Positions 1 to 9,939 of a stretch of 64,000 nt of DNA are shown in pieces. The stretch comes from Yuukianura sp. NJ FZ-2021 (Eukaryota), in contig JAJCTO010000014.1 in assembly GCA_046563655.1 (NCBI GenBank), forward strand, positions 124,001 through 188,000. The letters run 5' to 3'. The position numbers and the translations under genes were made by a program. Positions within the stretch are counted from its first letter, which is position 1, and each line of letters begins with the position of its first letter. Under the pieces are notes generated by a model, which was not told the DNA's origin, ran no database searches, and saw only the letters and a program-made list of their open reading frames with translations.

Positions 1-1372
1 TCACATTTTTCGCCATTTTTCGTAGCCTTCAATTTTTAATAAAAACTAAACCAAGTCAAAGTCAGAAAAGGGCGGAAAAATTTCATTTTGAAGGAAAATA
101 TTTCAAAATTGTTTTGTGTAGGGAGAAAAGTAAAGGGAAAATGAAAATTTTCCTTTTTTGAAATTTGTATGCAAATTTCACATTTTTGTTTAGAAAAACG
201 GCTTCTTTGGGTAAGACAAAAGACAAGTGAAAGTCAATTTGGGAAATTAGGTCCTTTATAATTACTTCTAACAAAATTGTTTCTTTTGTACCTCCGTAGG
301 TAAATTAGTGACAGTTAGGTTAGTTATGTTATGAAACCTTCACTTAAGTTATGAAGCCTAAAAGAAAAGCGGAGAAAGTTGTTCATTGTTCTGCTGTTGT
401 TAGTTGGTCATAATTTAATTACAGGAGTGGGGAAGCGGCAAAGTGAAAGCAGGGAAAGTCCAGAAATGTTTCTGGACTCTCGCGGACTTTCACCGCTTCT
501 GTTTTTGGAAACCGTAGGTTCAATCCCTACCAGGCGTCCCTAAAAGAGGCTTACAGCTTTTACGAGCCTTGTGCCCCTGAAAACGTAAAGCTGCTTGAGG
601 AGGAGAAAGCTGGAGTTGGGGAAAGTGAAATTTTATTTATTCATTGACTTCCTTTGCTTTATTCATCCTGTCCAACTTCCACAAGATCACTTTCCTCCAG
701 CACAAATTCCTCAAAGCTCCACTGCCACTACGAACCTCTTAATAGCAAAATCAAATCCAGCCAACCACATGGCAGTTCAGCAGTCAGCAGAAAGTCATTC
801 GGTCAACACACAAACAGTCAAAAGCAATTTAGTCAACAAGGGTTTCTAAACATTTGTGGAAAAATTTTTGACAAAATTAAAGTCAAAAATTTTTGACAAA
901 CGTTAAATCCTAAGGATAAGGAAGGCTACTGACTAATTTTTTCTTGTTAATTTAATTCGAAAATTGCAAAATCAATCCGTTTTGAAATAAAAATAAGAAC
1001 AAATTTAGAAACAAGAAAAAAAAAACAAAATAACAAAATTTTTACAAAAATTACAAAATAACAAAGGATTTAAGGGACGAAGCGCGAGCTGCAAAAGATT
1101 TAACTTTTTAAACAAAATTTATTAAAAAAGTTTACGTGGAATAAAATTTCGAAATTTGACTTGACTGAAGATTCTTTAAAAGTGAGAGTCTGAAATTCGC
1201 AACCCTAAACGAATTTGAGAATAATCGAATTTACGCTCCAATCATTCCGAAAGTGCCATTTAGCTTTCTAAAACCACAACAGAGAAAAAGAGAAGCACAG
1301 TTTTTCAAACCAACTTTTCGTTTTTTCATGTTCAAAAACATAAAAAGCAGCGAAGAAACCTTCGAGTACACT

Positions 1373-1870
1373 TATGGGGGGAGATTTGCTGATTAATGTT
1401 AGGAATTTTTCTACATTAGGAATTAATAAAAAAACAGGCTATTCCTAATGCAGAAATTCCTGACGTTCAATTCCTAATGCAGAAATTCCTGACGTTCAAT
1501 TTCTAATGCAGAAATTCCTAACGCAGAAAATCCTGATGTCCAATTCCTAACGCAGAAAATCCTGAGGCCGAATTTCTAACGCAGAAAATCGTGACGTTCA
1601 ACTCCTAACGTAAAAAATCCTGAGGTCCAAATCCTAACGTAAAAATTTCTGACAGTGAATTTCTAATGCAAAAATTCCTGGCAGCAAATTTCTAATGCAA
1701 AAAATGCTGAACCCCAATTTCTGACGTAAAAAATCCTGACACTCATTTTCTAACGTAATCAGCTGATTCCTAATGCAAAAATTCGTGGCGTGGAAAGTTC
1801 GTGTTCAATTCCTGGCGAGGAAAGTTCACAGACTTTCACTTTCTCTTTTTCATTCTCTCTCTATTGTAAC
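1373..1870 (+). repeat. Left TIR of the transposon, with an internal ~30-bp tandem array
   Basis: Reverse complement of ~9455-9939. Tandem units resembling AATTCCTAATGCAGAAAATCCTGACGTTC at ~1440-1790. Confidence 0.92.
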
Positions 1871-2180
1871 ACATTCTTTCTACTGTTGAGAGAGGGCGTC
1901 AATGGCATGCATAAAATACTTGGTTATGTGATAGTTTATTTACAAATGTTGAATGGCTTATATATATGTGCATGTAATATATAATATGAAAGTATTTACA
2001 ATCAAATTCAACCTCTTATACTAAAAACGAAGAGACAAATTCCAACAAAAGCTTTCTTGAAACCAGATCTTTTAGCAATAGTCGATTGAGTTAAGGATAC
2101 AGGGATACATTAATTAGATACAATAATGAGGATTACTTGAATTTTAAATCTAATTAGGCGTAGGAGGGTAGCGCTACCCA

Positions 2181-3424
2181 TTAATTAAAATAAACTCTAA
2201 CGAGGACTCGCAGTTTCTCTTTACAGATAGGACATCTTGGAGACTGTACTCTTCCAAAATCATCGCGCGGAACGTTCGCTTTTACGCCTTCGATGCATCG
2301 GAGACAGTACTGGTGGCCACATTTTAAAACGTACTCCTTGTTGTGATCGTAACAAATTGAGCACAGCATCTGCAGTCCATAAACGATTCATTACTGCTCA
2401 AATATTTATGCATACTTATATTCATGCCAGACTCGTTAGCTTACCCCCGTTTTTAGAGAGTCCATTTCCTCATTGACACGATGTGACCCTTGTTCCTTAA
2501 GAACTTCTTTGCGTCTTTTCAATTCCTTCAGTTCTGTTTCCATATCCCTGCAATCAGAGAATTGTTGCAGACAATTCAACATATGCTCTGCGTCATCGAT
2601 CTTCTTCTGAATTGTTTCCAGGTTAGTCAGCATTGATTCGAAAATTTCTGATGTAGGAGAGCGCTCTCCTAGTTTGCTTTGACAAACTTCCAGGTCAAGT
2701 TGGACCTCTTTAATTAAGTCGTGAAGCCTCGGACCTTGTATGCCAAACTCCTTCAATTGCGCAACAACCTTTGAGACTTTCGCGTACAGAGGTTGTCTAA
2801 CTTCGAACAATTGGTTTACAGTGAGTTGAAACATTTTGTCTTCCTCATCCCAAAACCGTGTTCCCCTGTAGAATTCTATATACTAAAACAAAAGAAAAAT
2901 AACACTTTTAAGATTGGCCGCAACAAAAAAACTAGGCTAGATTAATGGATCGCGCGATCCTTACGTTTCTCGAATGCGCGATACCATCCCTCATTGATGC
3001 TAGCCGCGACTTTAGTAGCTGGTGCAGTTCGGTCGCAGTTACTAAATCTTCGCGATGAGACATGAGAGTTGGCTTTTGGATATAGTATAAACCAAACTCC
3101 ACCTCTGCGATCACGTCCAGTTCAGCGTCAAGGTGCTTACGTAACATGTCTCGCTGCAATGAAAAGTTTCACGTTATTATCTTATCTCCTCTAGCAGATA
3201 ATGTTAAACAATGCATTACTTACATGATGAATAACTGGTGAAGTACGGATACTTTGCTTCTCTCGCCATTTCTGTTTCTCCGCTTCCGGTTTTGGAGCCA
3301 GCATTCTGCGTTCCGTTACTGCTGAACGTTTTGTTTGGATGGCGCCATCCGAGCGCATATCCGTCGTACAAGCACGTCGGTGATGGCCTAAACTACCGCA
3401 AGACCAACACCCACTGGAACTCAT
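2181..3424 (-). CDS. Transposon-borne zinc-knuckle (CCHC) + coiled-coil + C3HC4 RING finger protein (~338 aa, 4 exons)
   Basis: Exons 3424-3224, 3153-2965, 2882-2445, 2369-2181 join in frame via GT-AG introns. N-terminal CWSCGSLGHHRRAC (C-x2-C-x4-H-x4-C); helical middle; C-terminal CSIC...CGHQYCLRC...CPIC RING. Confidence 0.82.
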
Positions 3425-3840
3425 TTTAACGTTAAACAACTTTCTGGAATTTATAATGAATTGAATGTTTATAACTTCTGGATGCGTGTAAAACTAATTC
3501 TAAAACTTGGCCTGAAGCTAAACACTAACGAGCATCGTTGCACCCACCACTGTCATCTGTGTCTACAGTTCATAGCTAACCGCCGCAACCACATCGCTCA
3601 TGATTCCTACAACATGAACATTTGCTCAATTTGATTTCGAATGGTTTTTTATATTGAAATATTTCCATAAATTGTAAGGACAAAAGATAAATACATTACT
3701 TAAACTTAATTACACAATTACTATTATTCGTCCTTACTTCAGCCAAAATAACTGTGCGATTGGTGTATCTAAACCACTGCTATTTCGCACTACGAATTCG
3801 AATTTTTTAACTACGAATTCGAAAAGACTTATGTGGCGTG

Positions 3841-4198
3841 GAATTAAAATTTAGATTTCTCAAAAACGAAAGTCCAGATTTTGAATTCCTTTCGCAGGTT
3901 CATAGCGCGCATGAATCTGAGTACTTATGCAAAAATTTAGCTTTCGCACTGGTCGAAGTCGAAAGTTATGACCATCCGTTTCCACCAGCTTGGCAAGATT
4001 TGAGGTACTACAGAATTAAATTTTTGATTTCTCAAAAACGAAAGTCCAGATTTTGAATTCCTTTTGCAGGTTCATAGCACGCATGAATCTGAGTCCTTAT
4101 GCAAAAATTTAGCTTTCGCACTGGTCGAAGTCGAAAGTTATAACCATCCTTTTCCACCAGCTTGGCAAGATTTAAGGTACTACAGAATTAAATTTTTG
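3841..4198 (+). repeat. Tandem direct repeat (~172-bp unit, two copies plus a partial) inside the transposon
   Basis: 3841-4012 and 4013-4184 are nearly identical and a third start is at 4185. A degenerate echo lies at ~4283-4400. Confidence 0.9.
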
Positions 4199-4890
4199 AA
4201 TACAACTGATACAACTGAACAAACAGTAATCACTAAGACTGATTCTGACGATACATAATAAAAATTAATTAATACACTACAGCTCAAAAACGACTGTCCA
4301 GATTCTGAAATCGTTTTGTATACTTAAAGCTTCTATATTGAAGGATGTTTCAAGAAATTTGTAGCTTTCTTGCTGCTCCAGGTCAAAAGTTATGACAATT
4401 TAATTTCAAAGCCTACCCACTCTCGCTTAAATAAGGCTTTGAGCCTTGGTAGCTTAAATCGCTCACAGAAACGATGCCTATCTTAACGCCTTAAAGTAAA
4501 GATAAAGTACCGTATTTTAAAGCAAAACTGTTTTCATAAGGTTTCATTGATGAATTCCACTGGCGGTCAAAAGAGATTATGTTTTACGTTAAATTAAATT
4601 ATTAATTAATTATCATATCTCATTAATTAATTTATTAATCAACTATCAATTAATGAAAGAACGGGTTGAAAGCCCACGTCTTCTACTGATTTCTGACTAT
4701 AGGTTGTCAATATTCATTTCTTAAAAAAAGTTGAATAAGTAACTGACCACCGAACAGTTCGAGTTCTGACTATTATCCAGACCCCTCAGGTATTTCTTTG
4801 GAACCTGTTTACTTCCCGTGTTTTCACAGTATTGAACTCTATGCTTATTGCATTTCGTGTAGCGCTACACTTTTAGGTGCATTGCTGGTT

Positions 4891-6593
4891 ATGGAGCACC
4901 TAACGCAGCAATCCTTACGTTGCTCAATCCAGCAACTCATCAACGCTTTAAACGAAGGTGCGGATTTAGACATAGTCACACAAGGTTTAGATTTCCTGTT
5001 ATTAGAACTCGAGCTGTGTAACCAACAGGAACACTGGGTTGTGGAATCGGTGTCTAAATTGACAGAAGTTACAGGTCTATTGGTGCAGCAGTTGGAAGGG
5101 GAAACATTGCGCAAACTAGGAAGACCGAGAATTCATATTCCTATTGAAGATATTGAGTTTTTACTATCCTTCCGGTTCAAAGTCGTGGATATTGCCAAGT
5201 TGTACGGCGTGTCAAGAGATACAATAAGTGGACGCCTTCGAGACCATGGGATTTCGGTAAGTACTGAGTTACACCACGCTTAGCGCTAAGCAGTAATTGG
5301 AATGGGCTGACTCTGTTTTGTGAACAAAATTTTCAGGTTTCTCACAGCTATACAAACTTAACTGACGAGCAACTACACTCGGAAATGCTGAAAATCTTAG
5401 AAGACTTTCCAAACACAGGCTACAAACGAATGAAGGGATTCCTCTTAAGCAATGGAATTAAGGTGGCTGACAAAAGGGTTCGACTAGCTATGAGGCAAGT
5501 TGACCCTGAAGGTGTCGCTCTACGACGACGAGGCAACAGAGCCATAGTACGCCGGCAATATACAATGACCTACTCCAACGAGCTGTGGCATTTGGATACA
5601 AATATGAAGTTGATCAGGTTGACAAGTATAAAAACAGCAGTTTAAGGAGGTTGGAAAGCGCTTTCCGTTGTTACATTTTTTAAGTTTATTGCAGGTGGAA
5701 CATTATAATCAGGAGCTGTATCGATGGGAAGTCACGGGTTGTAGTTTATCTGGATGCCAGTGCCGATAACACGTCAAAGACTAATTTAGAATCATTCTTA
5801 AAAGCTGTGACAAAATATGGTATTCCTTGGAGGACTCGCTCGGACAAAGGCGGAGAGAATGTGTCAATTGCTCAATTCATGATTGAAAACCGTGGAGCTG
5901 GAAGAGCAAGTCATATTTGTGGTAGATCGGTGCACAACCAAAGGTGAGTAGCGCTACTCCAGAAAACAGTAGTGTCATCTGATAAAACCATAATTTTACT
6001 TTGTAATTATGTTAGGATTGAGCGGTACTGGAGAGACGTTTACTATGGGTATACGAGCACAATTGCGAGTGTACTAATTGCGCTGGAGGAGGATGGGTAC
6101 CTGGACATAGATAACCCGAAGCATGTAGAACTTGTCCACTTAGTATTCGTTCCAAGAATTAATGACGCTTTGGAAGTTTTTCGAAATGCCTGGAATAATC
6201 ACCCATTGTCGACGGAAGGAAATTATAGTCCAAATCAGCTCATGCTACTCAACCTGCCGCCTGATGACCATGTCCAACACATTTCTCAGGTACTTTGCGT
6301 AGCGCTACGCATCGGACTTGAGAAAATAAAATGTTTTTATCATGAGGAATATACCAAATCCGTTCCTGTTTCCCTAGGAGGATGTGGACGACTACTTGTG
6401 CCAGGACATGTCTGATGTTGCGTACCTGCTTCCACCGGATGTGGATTCGATAACATCGCCAATGAATTTGGCTGGAAGTATTACAGAAATTGAATTGGAT
6501 AGACTAAGACAGCTGGACTTCAACCAACCGTCATCCAGCTTTGGCTTTGACATATTTGTAAACGCAGTGAACCTACTTGATTTTACATCGTAA
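4891..6593 (+). CDS. DDE transposase / integrase-core protein (IS3/IS481-like, ~461 aa, 5 exons)
   Basis: Exons 4891-5256, 5337-5617, 5695-5943, 6016-6289, 6378-6593 total 1386 nt in frame. HTH-like IAKLYGVSRDTISGRL; catalytic motifs LWHLDTN, IDGKSR, RSDKGGEN, SVHNQRIERYWRDV, WNNHPL. Confidence 0.92.
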
Positions 6594-6834
6594 AAAACGA
6601 AGCTTGTTTAATCTGAAAAACATTAAATAAATTAGTGTGGCGCCGCACTACAGAATATAAGCTGAAATCATATCAGTAAGAGGTTTTTCGCAAATATTGC
6701 TACATGTGGCGCCACATAAAACGAAAATAATAATCTGAAAAAACTAAACTAGAAGTAAAGTAGCATGGGTTTTGTGAAGTTCGAATTAAGTAGAAACATA
6801 ACGCAAAAGCAATAAGTACACTTCCTCCGACGTG

Positions 6835-9250
6835 TTAGACTCCCCCGAAACCGTTGCTTGCGTACCGCACGACGAGATTCAACTTCTCCACTAGTTCCGT
6901 GCAACTGATATCATTCGGAATTTGTATTTCGTTGAAGCACGCACGAACCATAAAGTCAACATCGTCTTCAAAACGTACAATTAAAGGATCTTCCGGTAAA
7001 ACGGGCCAACCAGTCCACGCGGACAGCAGATTCTGTAGACCACCTGAAACTAAATATAGCAGTTAGTATGTTGAGCATTCCGGAGTAGCGCTACTCAACT
7101 TTGAGTAACGTAACTTACGCAGTTCCAAAGATTGTATGAAGCTGGTTACAACCGAAAGCATTTCTTGTCTTCCGTGACATTCGATTTTGGAAATAAGCAA
7201 ACTGGAAGGATAATTAAGTGCTGAACTCCGAGGAAATAACGATTCAACTAAGTACGACTTTCCTTTCAGGAATTCACTCAGTCCTGCGCACGTAAATCCA
7301 GCTTTAATCGCCTCCAGTTGTGCAACGCGACGGTCGACCACGGCATGATATAACACTTGTTCTATGACAAAGCCAGAGTTGTGTTTGTTGACGATTTCTC
7401 CGAATTCCGATGATTCTGCCACCTCTTGCACATGCGCTGCCTCATCCTCCGTTAGAGTGGCGCCACTCTGCAGTTTCGCCAACTAATTTTTTTCAAAAGT
7501 TGCTTGAAATTAAATCAAAGGTTAAGTTAATCAAACAACAAAATGATTAAGTTACCAATGCAACTGCTTCACGAACGTGAAGTTCTGGAACGTCCTCCAC
7601 GGTGATAGGAAGTGGCGTATCACTATCAACGGTTTCAAGAAGTACGTACTGCGCAACCGCCTCACTCAATCCAATAAACGCGATTCCGCAATGTAAAGCA
7701 GCGTGACCCAAAAACTTTCCAATCGTTTTGAAAACCCCAGCGCGTAGGAGCCTTCCATCTGTTGCCGGAACCTTGTGGTCTAGTTCACCTTCGAACGCAG
7801 GAAGGCCATCTATCTTGTCTTGAACTAATGCCGTCAGTCCTTTCCAAAAGTATTCACGAGTTATTGCTCCAATGTCGGCCCCTTCAAAATGTCAGTTAAA
7901 ATAAACTAAACATTTTAATTAATTTAATTAGTTGGATAGCGCTATCCTAGTACCGGGTTCACCCTGAAATTCTACTTTTGGTTTCTTCAGGAAGTTGAAC
8001 GCAGGATCCTTGTAAATGCCAAGAATTTTTTCTAGAAAACGCTCTCTTGAAGCAAGAATATACTGAAACCCTTCGTTTTCCATGTAAATTTGTTCGCGAT
8101 AATGGTCCAATGTCAATAGTTCTCCCTCGATTGATGGCGATGAGTTCGCAGATGTAGCATCCGACAAAGGCAAGTGATGATTAACAGCACCCTCGATTGT
8201 TGAATTTAATACCGAAGGCTGTCGTCCGTCTCCAATTGGTGTCTACAAAATGGATAACGCCATCCATTAAACATTGTTTATCACTAACATCAACATAGAA
8301 CTTACAACCATATAATTTGAGCGAGGAAGTTGAAGATTAAGTTCAGGTTCGGCAGTCAAGCCTTGTTGAAGCTCCTCTGAATCCAGTCGTATGGGCTGAT
8401 CAAGCTGAACATCCACTGCTACGTGTGGTAACGGTTGTTCAATTCCTTCCGCAACCTGTGTCAAGTGTACACAGTTCTAATTACAATTAGTTTTGATTAG
8501 GATAGCGCTATCCATACAAAGCAACACTTAAAATGAGTGAGTGTAGACGAGGAACGTAACTTACACTTAAAATGTCGGAAACTGGCTGGACGTAGATAAC
8601 TGCAAGTCGAGAAGCGCGTAAATGCAGCACACCAGGCACTGGCTCCGTGTTTGAAACTCGAACCAATGGCTTCCCTTTACCACCAGTCAGTGCACGATAC
8701 AATACAACATCTACTCCAACTAGTTTTGGGAAAGTGCTTTCCAGTGCCGCCTTCAATGCGTCAGTTGTTGCAGTGGGATCTAGCAAAGTAACAATTGATC
8801 ATTACCCATGCCACACTTTACGCCTTTATTTAAAAAAAACTAACCGATTGTGATAACTTCTTCCCCTAGTCCATGCCTTTTGAGAAGTAGCATACGAGAT
8901 TCGATTGGTGTTTTCAATTCCGAAGGTCCACCAAGACAGCAGTACCTGGCAGTCCAAGGCCTTATATTACGTACCGGAATGGAACGTTGTCGAAGTGCTG
9001 GGCGCCCAGTTAAACGCAGACCAGCAGCTGAAGTCGATGGTCTCGGATAAGGTGCAAACAGGCGAGACATTTCGGATCGCGCGAGTCCATTGGTAGAGCT
9101 TCCGGATTGACCTTGTTCTTGTCTTCGAGTTACCACTGGTGTAGTGTGACCCGGAGTCACTGTTGTAGCTGTGGGAGACTCAACGCCAAGTAAACTAGCA
9201 AGTTGGGTAAGAATTTGAGTAGCAGTAGCTCTGGTATTTCCATCCGCCAT
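6835..9250 (-). CDS. Transposon-borne HECT-domain E3 ubiquitin ligase (G2E3-like, ~652 aa, 7 exons)
   Basis: Exons 9250-8845, 8779-8565, 8455-8306, 8242-7954, 7881-7556, 7482-7119, 7043-6835 total 1959 nt in frame. HECT motifs VEFQGEPGADIGAITREYF, FKTIGKFLG, AWTGWP, catalytic-type RACFNEIQIP, C-terminal GFGGV. Confidence 0.87.
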
Positions 9251-9454
9251 ATTGGGCTGATTTGTATGAGTTCCGGTGTTAGCAAACCGTCACGACAAAA
9301 TTCTACATTGATTCAAATACAGTATTTGATATATCGCAACACTTATCCACTTCAGAGTGGCGCCACTCAACAGACGTGTAGCACTACACCTAAAAATGTA
9401 AAGCTAGTGTTTTTCACTGCAGATAACGCCCCCTCTTGACGGTTGGAAGAATGT

Positions 9455-9939
9455 TTTTACAATAAAAAGTGAGAATGAAAAAGGGAAAGTGAAAGCATGT
9501 GAACTTTCCTCGCCAGGAATTGAACACGAACTTTCCACGCCACGAATTTTTGCATTAGGAATCAGCTGATTACGTTAGAAAATGAGTGTCAGGATTTTTT
9601 ACGTCAGAAATTGGGGTTCAGCATTTTTTGCATTAGAAATTTGCTGCCAGGAATTTTTGCATTAGAATTTCACTGTCAGAAATTTTTACGTTAGGATTTC
9701 GACCTCAGGATTTTTTACGTTAGGATTTGGACGTCACGATTTTCTGCATTAGGAATTTGACGCCAGGATTTTCTGCGTTAGGAAATGGACGTCACGATTT
9801 TCTGCGTTAGGAATTTAACGCCAGGATTTTCTGCATTAGGAATTGGGCGTCACGATTTTCGGCATTAGGAATAGCCTGTATTTTAGACATTCCTAATGTG
9901 GAAAAATTCCTAACATTAATCAGCAAAACTCCCCCCATA
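9455..9939 (-). repeat. Right TIR of the transposon, with an internal ~30-bp tandem array
   Basis: Reverse complement of 1373-~1870. The inner segment (e.g. GAATCAGCTGATTACGTTAG) is near-identical; outer tandem units are more diverged. Confidence 0.92.

Larger units (their letters stand above)
1373..9939. mobile_element. Full-length IS3EU-like DNA transposon (8567 bp) carrying three genes
   Basis: Starts TATGGGGGGAG (1373) and ends CTCCCCCCATA (9939). TACACT on both sides (1367-1372, 9940-9945) is a 6-bp TSD. Long TIRs and an internal IS3/IS481-type DDE transposase. TAY..RTA ends plus a 6-bp TSD match my recollection of the Repbase IS3EU definition (not checked by search). Confidence 0.9.

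Noticed and set aside
1..1360. ORFs at 595-896 and nearby
   Set aside because: Short, non-ATG, low-complexity, with no recognisable domain or convincing exon structure.
1440..1790. ~30-bp repeat array as a CRISPR array
   Set aside because: The units are contiguous with no unique spacers, are mirrored at the other end of the element as a TIR, and lie in eukaryotic DNA.
3838..4258. Paired 72-aa and 64-aa similar ORFs
   Set aside because: By-products of the 172-bp tandem repeat, with non-ATG starts and no recognisable domain.
4891..6593. LTR-retrotransposon or Polinton integrase
   Set aside because: No RT, RNase H, protease, pPolB, ATPase or capsid ORFs. The gene has introns and lies within TIRs with TAT..ATA ends.
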